Positions 19,308-29,706 of a DNA stretch of 64,000 bases are shown piece by piece (the stretch's first letter is position 1; every line of letters begins with the position of its first letter). A program made the position numbers and the translations under genes. The stretch comes from Acidobacteriota bacterium (GTDB lineage Bacteria; Acidobacteriota; Thermoanaerobaculia; Multivoradales; UBA5704): NCBI GenBank assembly GCA_040005235.1, contig JBDTZG010000018.1, forward strand, positions 1 through 64,000, written 5' to 3'. The notes under the pieces were generated by a model. It searched no databases, was not told the origin of the DNA, and was given only the letters and a program-made list of their open reading frames with translations.

Positions 19308-20036
19308 GTGGTCACGCTGCCGTTTCCGTCCCGTATTGCCCCTCTGAAGGCGATCACCTTCGACGCCACGGGGACGTTGTTCCATTCGCCTCGCCTGGGC
19401 GAGATCTATTCCGAAATCCTCGGTCGTCACGGCATCGAAGTGGACGAGCGAACCGCGCGCCGCCTGGTGCGCGAGGTCTGGCAGGAGCTGGCCTGCCGGG
19501 CCACCCCGGAGCAGGATCGGTTCACCGCGCACGAAGGCGGCGCCCGCGGCTGGTGGCTCCGCTTCGTCGAACGGTTTGCCGAGCGCCTGGAATCTCCGCC
19601 CCCTTCGCGATTCGCCGCCGCCGAGCTGTTCGCCCGGTTCGCCCGCGCGGACGCCTGGGAGGTTTTCCCGGAGGTGCCCGCGGTGCTCGCCGAGCTTCGT
19701 GCCCGAGGCTTCAAACTCGCGGTGATCTCGAACTGGGACGAGCGGCTGCCTGCCGTCCTTGCCGGGCTCGGCCTTTCCCAGTCCTTCGATGCGGTCGTTA
19801 CCTCGGGCGATGCCGGGGTCGAAAAGCCCGATCGGCGGATCTTCGACCACGCCCTGAGCCTTCTCGGAATCCCGCCGGAGCGGGCGCTTCACGTCGGCGA
19901 CCGCAAGGTCGAGGATTGCGAAGGGGCGCTCGCCGCGGGCATGTCCGCCGCGCTGCGACTGGACCGAACCGGGCGGAACCGGGGAGATCTGCGCGATCTG
20001 ATGGGCGTTTTGGAGCGGCTTCCGGCGGATTTCTAG
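19308..20036 (+). CDS. HAD-IA family hydrolase (REG-2-like)
   Basis: FDATGTL, ISNWD, EKPD, HVGD. Confidence 0.88.
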   Translation: MVTLPFPSRIAPLKAITFDATGTLFHSPRLGEIYSEILGRHGIEVDERTARRLVREVWQELACRATPEQDRFTAHEGGARGWWLRFVERFAERLESPPPSRFAAAELFARFARADAWEVFPEVPAVLAELRARGFKLAVISNWDERLPAVLAGLGLSQSFDAVVTSGDAGVEKPDRRIFDHALSLLGIPPERALHVGDRKVEDCEGALAAGMSAALRLDRTGRNRGDLRDLMGVLERLPADF

Positions 20037-20107
20037 GGGTGAGGGCGCGTGCTACACTCTGGGGACTATCGAGAGTTTGATGATCAGATAGCTCACCAGA
20101 ACTCCCT

Positions 20108-20599
20108 ATGAAAATCTCGACCAAAGGCGAATACGGCATCCGGGCGATGCTCTACCTCGCCATGCACGCGGACGAAGGGGCTGTGACCAGCCGGGAGATC
20201 GCGTTGCATCAGGGGATCCCCGAGCCCTACCTGCGGCAGATCCTGGCCCTCCTGTCGAAAGATCGCCTGATCTACTCGAACCGCGGCCCCCAAGGCGGCC
20301 ACATCCTCGGCCGGCCGGCGAAGCAGATCTCGGTCAAAGACATCATGGTCACCCTCGAAGGCCAGACCACCGCAATCGATCAGATCTTGGCGCTCCCCTG
20401 CACCATCGAGCTGGGCACCGACCACTGCGTGATCCGCGAGGTCTTCCTAGAGGTCAAATCGGCGGTCGAGCGAATCCTCGCCCGAACCACCCTCGAAGAC
20501 CTGGTCGAGCGGCAGAACGAGATCCTCCGTTCGAACATCATGGTGCCGCACGACCTGGTCGCGAGGGTGCCTTCGCTTTTGCCGATTCTTTCCGACTGA
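20108..20599 (+). CDS. Rrf2-family transcriptional regulator
   Basis: STKGEYGIRAM, YLRQIL, RGPQGG. Confidence 0.92.
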   Translation: MKISTKGEYGIRAMLYLAMHADEGAVTSREIALHQGIPEPYLRQILALLSKDRLIYSNRGPQGGHILGRPAKQISVKDIMVTLEGQTTAIDQILALPCTIELGTDHCVIREVFLEVKSAVERILARTTLEDLVERQNEILRSNIMVPHDLVARVPSLLPILSD

Positions 20600-20768
20600 C
20601 GGCCCGCACGGAGGCTTCCTCCCGCCGAACGTGAAGGGAGAAATGAAGAGCAACCGAGTTCTGCCGCGAAGTTGTCGGACTTTTCACCTCCTTACGCCTG
20701 GTTTATGATGCGGCATTTCTGATTGAGGCTACTAGAATGTACCCGGCGCCACGACCCAGAAACACGCC

Positions 20769-23711
20769 GTGTCCGACTCGCTGAGCAAACTGCTGGATCC
20801 CTACGGCTCTCCTGCGCAGATCGTTGATCTGCGTCAGGCGACTCCCGCCGGGATCCCTTACGTTGACCTGCTCGCAGGAGACCGCCGCAGCCTCCCCGAC
20901 GGTATCGTCGAGAGCCGGGCCGAGCCTTTGGCGTACGTCGTCGACGCGGTCAATCGGGAAACGACGATCGACCTCCCCCGCCTCTGGAAGACGGTGGCGC
21001 TTCGGGGCGATGCTCCTTACCTGGTAGTCGTCCAGCCGGGGCGGCTGCTCGCCTATGAGACTCTGCCAACAAAAGCGAAGGTACCGACCCCGTTCGACGA
21101 GATACACCTCAATGAAGACCGGGCGCGGACCGTCTTCTCACGGCTGAACGCTGCTCTCGCTTCGTCCGAAAAAGCAGGTCGGTATCTGCACGATGTCCTC
21201 TTCGATCTGTTGAGCGGAGCGATTGAGGATCTGTCGCTCAGTCTCGGCCGACACGATGCGATCTCGTTGGCCGGTAGGGCTCTCTTCATGAGGTTCTTGA
21301 TCGACCGTGGCATCGTGGTCGCCGAGCGGGTGAAGGAAATCTGTTCGAAGTCGGGAAGCCTGAACGACCTCTTCACGGGACAGGAACGCACGACCGCCAC
21401 CTGCCGGTGGCTCAATCGGACCTTCAACGGCGACTTTCTGCCGCTCGAGTTTCTCGACAAGCCCGGAAAGCCGATCCCGGGAGAGGCGTTCCTTCCGCTC
21501 GAAAACATCATGCACCGCTCTCCTGGGAGCCAACTGACTTTCGAATGGGCGTCGATCGACTTCGCCCACGTCCCGGTCGGGCTCTTGAGTCAGATCTACG
21601 AACGACAAGCTGAATCGGATCCTGATGCAAAGAAAAAACAAAGCGTCTATTACACTCCCCGACGCATCGCCGACTTCATGGTCAAAGAGGTGTTTGCGGC
21701 CTTGGAAGAGCGTGGGCCGGTAAGGCCCCACGAAGCTTGCGTCCTCGATCCAGCTGTCGGAGGAGGGGTGTTCCTGGTGAGCGCGTTCCAGGAGATCGTA
21801 GCCGCCTGGTGGAGGCATCATGGGCGCGCTCCGAACACCGAGGAGATCCGCTCGATTCTCTACCGGCAGCTGACCGGCTTCGACATCAGCGAGCCCGCCT
21901 TGCAGCTCACTGCTTTAAGTCTTTATCTTAAGTCCATCGAGATGGACCTCGATCCTCACCCACCGGAAAAGCTCAAATTCCGGGCACTCCGTGGGGCTGT
22001 CCTCCATTCGATGCGAGAGCTCGGCGAAGAGAAATCGAAGGTCGTTTTAGGGAGTCTCGGCCCGCGGGCGGGAAGCGCTTTTCGCAGCCGCTTCGACATT
22101 GTTGTCGGTAATCCGCCATGGACTCCTCTCGAGAAGGGGCAAGGGAATCTCCATCGCCAGATGGTCGAAACGATCCGGCCGACAGTCGCCGAGAAGCTGG
22201 GTCCGGAACACGCAGGTTCGTTCTCGATCCCGGATCTGGTGCCGGATCTTCCCTTCGTATGGCGATCGTTGGAATGGGCCAAACCCTCCGGATGGATCGC
22301 TCTGGCGCTCCATGGACGGCTCCTGTTCAAGACGTCGTACGGTGGTCGCCAAGCGAGGGAAGATCTTTTCCGCGCGACTGAGGTAACCGGTATCCTGAAC
22401 GGCGCGGATTTGCGCAAGACACTGGTCTGGCCGAAGGTAACAGCACCATTCTGCCTACTTTTCGCGCGCAATCAACTTCCGGCAGAAGGCCACGCCTTCC
22501 ACTTTGTCAGTCCTTATCTAGAGGAGCGACTGAACCGGCAGGGTCGAATTCGCATCGACGCCAAGGCCGCCCAACCTGTCGAAGTACGGAGGATCCTTGC
22601 CCGACCGAATCTTCTCAAGACCATATTTCGCGGGTCGGCACTCGACGAGGCGCTCCTCGAAAAGGTCGACTCAGCCGCCTGGCCTACGGTCGAAAAGTAC
22701 TTCCGTCAGTCCGGATTGAAGACCGGCCAAGGATACCAGGTCGGAACGAGGGAACGTGACGTGCCCGAAGAGCTTCAAGGGAAGCCGGAGCTCAAGGCCG
22801 AGTGGGGAGGTGCGGTTCGCATCGAGCGGCAAAGCCTGCCTCGCTTCCACGAAAAACGTCTCCAGTGGCCGCGGGACCCATTGATCTATCGAGGTCCGCT
22901 GGCCCTGGTGCGGAAATCGCCGCCAAAGGGAGATCGCGGCCGAGCCCTATGCTGTTTCGAAGATCATCTCGTCTATTGCGAATCCTTTTACGGCTATTCG
23001 GCCTTCGGTGATCCCGATGCCGAGTTGTTGGTTCGCTATCTCACGCTGCTGATCCATAGCGATTTCTTCCTCTGGTATGTGTTGGCGACCAGCAGCGAGT
23101 TCGGCGTGGAGCGCGACGCCATCCATAAAATTGATGTGGACGGCTTCCCGTTTCGTCCCTTGAAGGATCTGCCCGAAAGTCTCTGCCGCGAGATCGAGCC
23201 ACTCTCGGAATCGCTCTTCCTGAACGAACCCCACCTCTGGCAGGACCTGGCCAGTTGGAGTGCCCGAGTGTATGGTCTGAATCGGTGGGACCGGGAGGTA
23301 ATCCGAGATACCCTCTCTGTCTCTCTCCCGTTCCCAGAGGCGCAGAGCAAGGCTCAACGCCCTCCGGACCGGACGGAAGTGGAGCAGTTTGTCAACCGTC
23401 TCACGCGCGAGTTCAGACCGTTAGGGCTTTCGGTCCAACGCGTCTCCGAATCGCCGGCCTCGGCGCCTTGGGAGGTTTTGGCTCTCACTACGGGAGAGGA
23501 GATCGGGCGCCCCGGTCGCGTAGCAATCGACGAACTGTTTCGAATGGCGGATGCGGAGGGCGCGAGTCAGATCCTCTTGGTGCAGCCGGAGCGAGGGCGA
23601 CTGCTTCTGGCCATTTTTCGGGAATACCGCTACTGGACTCCGACTCGAGCTCGTCTGGCCGCCTTGGAGATTCTCCACGAAAATCTCGGAGAACTCCTGG
23701 GAGTGTCATGA
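20769..23711 (+). CDS. N6-adenine DNA methyltransferase with TRD (type IIG/Eco57I-like architecture)
   Basis: YYTP, LDPAVGGGVFL (motif I), GFDI, VGNPPW (motif IV), C-terminal TRD-like region. Confidence 0.85.
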   Translation: MSDSLSKLLDPYGSPAQIVDLRQATPAGIPYVDLLAGDRRSLPDGIVESRAEPLAYVVDAVNRETTIDLPRLWKTVALRGDAPYLVVVQPGRLLAYETLPTKAKVPTPFDEIHLNEDRARTVFSRLNAALASSEKAGRYLHDVLFDLLSGAIEDLSLSLGRHDAISLAGRALFMRFLIDRGIVVAERVKEICSKSGSLNDLFTGQERTTATCRWLNRTFNGDFLPLEFLDKPGKPIPGEAFLPLENIMHRSPGSQLTFEWASIDFAHVPVGLLSQIYERQAESDPDAKKKQSVYYTPRRIADFMVKEVFAALEERGPVRPHEACVLDPAVGGGVFLVSAFQEIVAAWWRHHGRAPNTEEIRSILYRQLTGFDISEPALQLTALSLYLKSIEMDLDPHPPEKLKFRALRGAVLHSMRELGEEKSKVVLGSLGPRAGSAFRSRFDIVVGNPPWTPLEKGQGNLHRQMVETIRPTVAEKLGPEHAGSFSIPDLVPDLPFVWRSLEWAKPSGWIALALHGRLLFKTSYGGRQAREDLFRATEVTGILNGADLRKTLVWPKVTAPFCLLFARNQLPAEGHAFHFVSPYLEERLNRQGRIRIDAKAAQPVEVRRILARPNLLKTIFRGSALDEALLEKVDSAAWPTVEKYFRQSGLKTGQGYQVGTRERDVPEELQGKPELKAEWGGAVRIERQSLPRFHEKRLQWPRDPLIYRGPLALVRKSPPKGDRGRALCCFEDHLVYCESFYGYSAFGDPDAELLVRYLTLLIHSDFFLWYVLATSSEFGVERDAIHKIDVDGFPFRPLKDLPESLCREIEPLSESLFLNEPHLWQDLASWSARVYGLNRWDREVIRDTLSVSLPFPEAQSKAQRPPDRTEVEQFVNRLTREFRPLGLSVQRVSESPASAPWEVLALTTGEEIGRPGRVAIDELFRMADAEGASQILLVQPERGRLLLAIFREYRYWTPTRARLAALEILHENLGELLGVS

Positions 23712-24421
23712 GCAGCAGGTTACTGACCTCCCCCATTCTGCGGAAGCCGCGGGAATATCCCTTCGCCGACATCCCCCTACCGATCAAGCTGTTCGTCGCT
23801 CATGCGATTGACAGGGCCTGGAAGAGAATACGATTGTATGCTGGAGAGAGCCAGGGAGATCTAAGGAAAGAGGCGGAAGTTCCGCTCAACAGCCGGCTCG
23901 AGCAGTGTCTCAATGACATGCTCGATGAGGAGGAATATCCCGAATTCTCTTTCTCCCTCTTTCAGCACGTGGTTCGCGGCGGAGAGATCACGAGTTACGA
24001 CGACCGCAGCCTCGAAAAGAAGCCGGACCTCACGTTTCGCTTGATCTCCGTCCAGCCGGGAATCGATCGATCCTCCGACCGGGGGCTGTTCGTGGAGTGC
24101 AAGATCGTGGGCCCGAATCATCCGATCCGAGACTACTGTCAGAAAGGCCTGGCTCGCTTCGTGTCCGGCGAGTATGCCTGGGCGATGCCCTGCGGCATGA
24201 TGATCGGTTACGCTTGGGAAGAATTCACCGTTGAAGGTCAGCTGAGCCCCTATTTGCTCTCCGTTGCGGCTGAGGGTTTGAACCTGTCATTTCCTCCTCG
24301 GCTCGCGTCTTCCCAATCTGGTGCCTGTCGACTCTACGAGTCGGGTCACCGGCGGGTCTGGACGCGTCTGGGGAAAAGCCATGGCGACATCACCGTTTTT
24401 CATCTTTGGCTTTCCCTCTAG
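23708..24421 (+). CDS. Putative PD-(D/E)XK nuclease coupled to the methyltransferase
   Basis: ATGA overlap; KKPDLTF...FVECK, Y..KGLARFVSGEYA...GMMIGY. Confidence 0.65.
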   Translation: MSSRLLTSPILRKPREYPFADIPLPIKLFVAHAIDRAWKRIRLYAGESQGDLRKEAEVPLNSRLEQCLNDMLDEEEYPEFSFSLFQHVVRGGEITSYDDRSLEKKPDLTFRLISVQPGIDRSSDRGLFVECKIVGPNHPIRDYCQKGLARFVSGEYAWAMPCGMMIGYAWEEFTVEGQLSPYLLSVAAEGLNLSFPPRLASSQSGACRLYESGHRRVWTRLGKSHGDITVFHLWLSL

Positions 24422-24633
24422 AGCGCCTGGGATCGCATTCGCCGCCGTGCTCGCATACCACTTTCTCGAAGCAGCGAACTTGGTCCGAGTCGTCCGAACC
24501 TGGATCGCAACGACTGCACAGGCGGGTCAATTCGCGCCAAACCGGATCCGCGCCTTCGGGGTGATCAGGCGGGATGGCGCTGGGGTTGGCGGGCACCGGC
24601 GGGTCCCTCTGCACCAAACCGGACCCGCAGAGG

Positions 24634-24903
24634 GTAGAGACGCCCCAGGACGTGACCACGGACTTACCCGGGTGCTGGCTGTCGGGGCGTCTCCAGCGCA
24701 CCAACGACCACCGGCGTCAACTACTCGCCGGACAGCCAGGAACACCTGTTCGGGCGGATGTGGGGTGATCACCGGGATGGCGCCGGGGTCGGCGGGTCGG
24801 CCCTGGGGATTGGCGCGCGGGCGGCGGCCATTGTGGTAGACCGGAGACGCCCCGACGGCCAGCACCCGGATAGGTTCGTGGTTGCGTCCTGGGGCGTCTC
24901 TAC
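24634..24903. repeat. REPIN-like pair of inverted GTAG-type hairpin elements
   Basis: GTAGAGACGCCCC...GGGGCGTCTC at 24634-24693 and a similar inverted copy at 24844-24903. A ~35-bp direct repeat also lies at 24558-24593 and 24762-24796. Confidence 0.85.
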
Positions 24904-24948
24904 CGCACTGCTAGGGTCTGTGCCGCAACAGACGGAGCCGGCAGCCCC

Positions 24949-25515
24949 CTACTTCGACCAGGGCGGCACCACCCCGTTCATCCGGGCGTAGGCGATCGAT
25001 TGGCCGAGGTGCTCGTGGCTGTGGCCGATGATGGCCAAGACGATGGCTCGCTTGCTCATCTTCCGGCCGAAAAAGTCGACCTGGGTTTCGAGATCGGTGG
25101 CCGAGAGTGCCGCGATCACTTTCTTGATGTGGACGTAGGAGGCCTTCATCGCGTCGGTCGCCTTCGCCTTGTCGGTGGTCGACGATTCTAGGTTCTTGGC
25201 GTCGACCTCTTTGGGAATCGGCGTGCCGAGGATGGTTCCGAGAAAGTAGTTGCCGCCCGCCACGTGGAGGGTGACCTCGGCGTAGGAGCGCACCCCTTCG
25301 GCCGGCCGCCAGGCCCATTTTTCTGCCGGCACGGCCCCGGCGAGCTGCACCAGCTCGTCTTCGGCGTGGTCGAGGTTTCCGGCGACGTCGGCGAGGAACG
25401 CTGCGGTTGCCGGGGCGTCGTCCGCGCGGGCCGGAGCGGGGGCGGACAGCGCGACCGCGGTGGTGAGGAAGGCGGCGAGCGCCAGGGTGAGAAGAGGCAG
25501 GCGGGTACGGTTCAT
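24949..25515 (-). CDS. DinB-family protein, secreted
   Basis: Signal peptide, WRPAEGVRS, H..EHLGQ...YARMNGVVPPWS. Confidence 0.9.
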   Translation of the reverse strand: MNRTRLPLLTLALAAFLTTAVALSAPAPARADDAPATAAFLADVAGNLDHAEDELVQLAGAVPAEKWAWRPAEGVRSYAEVTLHVAGGNYFLGTILGTPIPKEVDAKNLESSTTDKAKATDAMKASYVHIKKVIAALSATDLETQVDFFGRKMSKRAIVLAIIGHSHEHLGQSIAYARMNGVVPPWSK

Positions 25516-26978
25516 CGGGGTTCTCCTTCGGGAAATAGGTGAGCAATCGAATTGGCGTAATAGGCGAGCGTGGTCCGCTCGCTCTCGGCTGGTAGAAACA
25601 GGCCCTCTCGGACCGCGATCAGGTGCCGCTGTTCGAGCATGCGCAAACCGAACGATATCGCGTAATCACGATCGCTTCGCGGCACGTAGACCCGCGCTCC
25701 GGCGGCTTCGAGGGTTGCGATCCGGTCGTGGACCTCCGCCTTGAGCTCGAATTCCGACAGCCCTTCCGGATGGCCGAGCAGAGCGGTCGCGACCAGCGAA
25801 ACCGGTAGGGCCGGCACCACCTTGCCGATCTCGGTCATCAACTCCCGCGCCAGCTCTTCGACGCGCGGGATACGCTCTTCTCGCGAGAGTTTCCGCGGAT
25901 CGAAACCCTTTCGGGATAAGTAGTCGCGGGTCGAAAACGGCGAGCCGAAGTTGACGCAGGCGTAGCCGAACCGGTGCCACCTCCGGAACGCCATCTGCCA
26001 GAGATTTCGGCCGACGAAGCCGGACGTCTTGGCGAGCGCGCCGAAACCGCGGGCGCGTGGCTTGGGCGTGTTGGGCGAGCTCGCTTCGCCCGGTGCTCTC
26101 CCTTCGCCCGGGCCGGAAACGTCGAGCAGCAGCGTCCGATCTTCGAGCGTCCGGTCGTAGTTCAAGCCGACCGGAACGAACACCAGGTCGCGCTCGCCCT
26201 CCGGATCGAACGTGCGCAGCATGTAGTCGAGAATCCCGATCTTCGGCGACCGGAGCTTGCCGTCGCGCGACAGGCCCCCTTCGGGAAAGACCGCCTGCGG
26301 CACTCCGCCTTGGGTTGCCATCTGGATGTAGCGTTCGAGCACCCGGCGGTAGAGCGGGTCGCGCGAGTTGCGCCGGACGAAATAGGCGCCCATCGAGCGG
26401 ATCAACTGCTGAAGCGGCCAGATCCGCGCCCACTCTCCCACCGCGTAGGAGAGCGCGATCCGCTCGGCCACGAGGTATGAGACCAGGACGTAGTCCATGT
26501 TGCTGCGGTGGTTCATCAGGAAGACCACCGTCGCGTTCGGCGGAATCGACGCCAACCCCACCTCGTCCGAGCTGCCTAGTCGCACGCGATAGAGCAGTCG
26601 CGCGGTCCCCCGGGCGATCCAGTAGCCGATGCGGAAATAGGCGTAGGCATTGAACGACGGCACGATCTCGTGGGCGTAGCGCTCGACCTTGGCGACCGCC
26701 ACCGCGCGCGGCGTCCCTTCCTCGCGGGCATAGGCGTCGATCGCCTGGACGACCGCCGGATCGTAGAGCAGGCGGTCGAGCAGCACCTGGCGTTTGGTCA
26801 GCTGAAACTGCGGGATCGCGATCCGCAGCCGCTGGTTGACCTCCTCGATCGCCTGGTTGACCCGGCGCCGCAGGAACCAGCGCACGCTCGGCACCAACAG
26901 CCGTTCGAGCGCCCACCAGCCGGCGAGCACGGCCAGCACGACGACCTGCCAGAGCGGGAGCGTGACGCTAGAGGTCAA
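25512..26978 (-). CDS. Glycerol-3-phosphate acyltransferase (PlsB/PlsC-like)
   Basis: NHRSNMDY, GAYFVRR, FPEGGLSRDG. Confidence 0.88.
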   Translation of the reverse strand: MTSSVTLPLWQVVVLAVLAGWWALERLLVPSVRWFLRRRVNQAIEEVNQRLRIAIPQFQLTKRQVLLDRLLYDPAVVQAIDAYAREEGTPRAVAVAKVERYAHEIVPSFNAYAYFRIGYWIARGTARLLYRVRLGSSDEVGLASIPPNATVVFLMNHRSNMDYVLVSYLVAERIALSYAVGEWARIWPLQQLIRSMGAYFVRRNSRDPLYRRVLERYIQMATQGGVPQAVFPEGGLSRDGKLRSPKIGILDYMLRTFDPEGERDLVFVPVGLNYDRTLEDRTLLLDVSGPGEGRAPGEASSPNTPKPRARGFGALAKTSGFVGRNLWQMAFRRWHRFGYACVNFGSPFSTRDYLSRKGFDPRKLSREERIPRVEELARELMTEIGKVVPALPVSLVATALLGHPEGLSEFELKAEVHDRIATLEAAGARVYVPRSDRDYAISFGLRMLEQRHLIAVREGLFLPAESERTTLAYYANSIAHLFPEGEPR

Positions 26979-27028
26979 ACGGTTCCTTTCGAGAAGAACT
27001 GGAAGGCGATGATAGCGCGCCGGCCCCT

Positions 27029-27084
27029 CCTGGGTGCGCGGGCCTCCGGCCCGCCTTTGCGGGCGAGACGCCCGCGCACCCGGG
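27029..27084. repeat. REP-like palindrome (GGGTGCGCGGGC family)
   Basis: GGGTGCGCGGGC at 27032-27043 is a perfect inverse of 27070-27081, with internal GCGGGC/GCCCGC hairpins. Confidence 0.7.
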
Positions 27085-27086
27085 GA

Positions 27087-28883
27087 TCAGAGATACCCGA
27101 GCGCTTCGAGCGCCTTCTTCTCCTCCGCACCGATCGGCGCCGAAGCCGCGAACCGGCGGCGGTCGGCGAGTTGCTCGGCGCGCAGCAGCGAGCGCAGATA
27201 CCCGGTCCGCACGGGGTTTTCGGCCGCGAGATCGCGCGTCTCTTGGCCCTTGGCGAGATCGAACAGCTTTGCCGCATGGGAAAACTTGCGGCTCCAGGGC
27301 TCGATCAGGTGCCACTTCCCAAGCTCAACGCTTCCTCCCTGACGCCCTTCGTAATCGAGGTGCGAAAATCTCGCCTCCTCCCGAGCCTCCACGGCGAGGC
27401 GGTCGAGACCGCGCAGGCCGGCCCCCGAGGGAAGGCCCAGCGCGGCGAGGATCGTCGGCATCACGTCCAAATGCGCCGCGGGGGTGGCGATTCTCCGCCC
27501 GGCGGTCTGGCCGGGCAGCCGGATGACCCACGGTACGTCGAGCACCTCGCGGTAGAGCGTCTTGCCGTGCCCGAGCCCGCCGTGCTCGCCGAATTCTTCG
27601 CCATGGTCAGAGATCACGACGACCAGAGTCTCCGCGAGGTGGCCGCGCCGGTCCATCTCGTCTAGCAGCGCGCCGAAGCTGCGATCGATGCCAGCAATCT
27701 CGGCGTCATAGAGCGGTGCCATCTGCGCCACGAGCCCGCGGGCCTCCGGGCGGCGACGATCGAGCGCCCGGTAGATCTCCTCGACCTTGGCGAGGCTGCC
27801 GGAGCCGGAAGGAACGCTTTCGGCGAAGCGGCGGCGAAGATCCTCCGGCGGCTCGTAGGGAGCGTGGGGATCGATCGCATGAACGTAGAGGAAGAACGGA
27901 GCCGGTCCGCGATCCGGCGCCGCCACCGATCCTTCGAGCCACGCGAGTGCCCTTCGCCCTAGCGCATCGCCACGCGCCAATTCGTCGAGGAACTCGAAGT
28001 GGTCGAACCCCTGCGCGAAGCCGGATGCCTCGGTAATGTGGGCGTTCGCGCTGAATCCCCCCGTCCGATACCCCGCAGCTTGAAGAACCTCGGCCAGCGT
28101 TTGCGCCGCCGGAGGGAGGCGCCGGTCGAGCCGGGTCGCACCGTGAGCGCCCGGCGGCAGTCCGGTGAGAATCGTCGCGGTCGATGGCCGGGTCCAGGAC
28201 GACGCGGCGGTCGTCCGCTCGAAAACGATCCCCTGGGCCGCGAGTGCGTCGATCCGCGGCGTAAGCCCGCGCGTCGAGCCATAGGCCCCTACCCGATCGG
28301 CGCGCAGGGTGTCGATCAAAAAGAGCAGGACGTTGGGGCGCTTCCCGGAAGGTGAGGCCGCCGTTACGGTCTTGGGAGGGATAGGAGGGAGAGGAACCCG
28401 CGATCGCATTACCGGCCGTCGCACGATGGCCCAAGCCCCAGAATCCCCCGTGGCGCGCAGCGTCCAGCGCACCAGCCGATCGCCTGTCCCCGGAATCTCC
28501 CAGGCGCCAGCCTTGGCACCCGGTTCGAGCCGCGCCAGCATTTTCTCCGATCCGCCTTCGACCTGGGCAAGAATCTCGACGCCCGGAGCGCCGCCGCGTG
28601 AGGCGATCCCGTCGATTCCGATCGCCGCCCGGCCGTTCACCTCCAAATAGCCGTCGATCCGAGCGCCACCCGCGATCGCGATTCCTTCTGCCACCTTCGC
28701 CGCAAGGTTCCAATCGACCGGCCCCGGCGGACGCGGCGGGCCGATCGGTTCGGCCTCGCGCCGGACTTCGCAGAGCGGAAGCTCGGCCGCCAGATCCCGC
28801 GTCACCGGCCAATCGCGGGGCGCCGGTCCACAGGCGGCGAGCAGGAAGGCCAAACTTAGAGGGCCGAGAGGGCAAAAACGCAC
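27087..28883 (-). CDS. Sulfatase-like hydrolase, lipoprotein
   Basis: LLAAC lipobox, IDTLRAD, WTRPS, DPHAPY, SDHGEEF...GHG. Confidence 0.85.
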   Translation of the reverse strand: MRFCPLGPLSLAFLLAACGPAPRDWPVTRDLAAELPLCEVRREAEPIGPPRPPGPVDWNLAAKVAEGIAIAGGARIDGYLEVNGRAAIGIDGIASRGGAPGVEILAQVEGGSEKMLARLEPGAKAGAWEIPGTGDRLVRWTLRATGDSGAWAIVRRPVMRSRVPLPPIPPKTVTAASPSGKRPNVLLFLIDTLRADRVGAYGSTRGLTPRIDALAAQGIVFERTTAASSWTRPSTATILTGLPPGAHGATRLDRRLPPAAQTLAEVLQAAGYRTGGFSANAHITEASGFAQGFDHFEFLDELARGDALGRRALAWLEGSVAAPDRGPAPFFLYVHAIDPHAPYEPPEDLRRRFAESVPSGSGSLAKVEEIYRALDRRRPEARGLVAQMAPLYDAEIAGIDRSFGALLDEMDRRGHLAETLVVVISDHGEEFGEHGGLGHGKTLYREVLDVPWVIRLPGQTAGRRIATPAAHLDVMPTILAALGLPSGAGLRGLDRLAVEAREEARFSHLDYEGRQGGSVELGKWHLIEPWSRKFSHAAKLFDLAKGQETRDLAAENPVRTGYLRSLLRAEQLADRRRFAASAPIGAEEKKALEALGYL

Positions 28884-28971
28884 AAGGGGGATCTTAGTGG
28901 CAAGCCGACGCCCTTGAGGGTACGCTGGGGAGGTGTTGAGAAGATTCCGAGACTCGGGCACAATGGATGCC

Positions 28972-29175
28972 ATGAAGACTACAGTGAATATTCCCGATCG
29001 AGAGCTAGAGGAAGCCATGATCTCGACCGGTGCGCGTACCAAGAAGGAAGCAGTGGTTGCGGCACTGGTCGAGTTCAACCGGCGACGGCGTTTGGAGGTG
29101 CTGGCTTCCCAACTCGGCACATTCGAGGGTTTCCCCTCCCCTAAGGATGTCGAACGACTGCGAGGCGAAGGGTGA
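28972..29175 (+). CDS. vapB: VapB-family antitoxin
   Basis: MKTTVNIPDRELEEAM...TKKEAVVAAL. Confidence 0.85.
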   Translation: MKTTVNIPDRELEEAMISTGARTKKEAVVAALVEFNRRRRLEVLASQLGTFEGFPSPKDVERLRGEG

Positions 29176-29555
29176 CCGAGCGAGTCTTGATTGACACCTC
29201 AGCATGGGTGGATGCCCTTCGGCGCGAAGGCGAAGTGGAGGTTCGATCACAGGTTGCGGCTCTGGTGACTTCCGGCCAAGCTGTCTTCTGCGACCTAGTA
29301 CTACTGGAGCTTTGGAACGGCGCCCGCGGCACCCAAGAGCAAAAAGTCTTGAGGGGTCTGGAACGAGATCTAGAGAAGGTCGACACCTCAACGGAAGTTT
29401 GGGATTTGGCCGTCGATCTCGCTCGGAGGTGCCGTGCCGCGGGCATGACCGTTCCTGCAACGGACCTCCTGGTGGCTGCGGTTGCCCGACACCACCGCCT
29501 TCTCCTGCTTCATCGCGACGCCCATTTCGACCAGATCGATCAAGCGGCGCAGTGA
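29172..29555 (+). CDS. vapC: VapC PIN-domain toxin
   Basis: LIDTSAW, LLEL..G, DLLVAA, HRDAHF. Confidence 0.9.
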   Translation: MTERVLIDTSAWVDALRREGEVEVRSQVAALVTSGQAVFCDLVLLELWNGARGTQEQKVLRGLERDLEKVDTSTEVWDLAVDLARRCRAAGMTVPATDLLVAAVARHHRLLLLHRDAHFDQIDQAAQ

Positions 29556-29706
29556 TCGAGGTTCAGGGCCGCGTACGGAGAAAAGAGCGCCAGGAGCGGA
29601 GTGGAACAGAGGACGTAAACCGGTCGTGCATCAGACGGCAAAAGAACAATGCCAAACGACATGCCGCGAAGTGACTTTTTGTTTTGAAAGTTGGGTAGGC
29701 CGAGCC

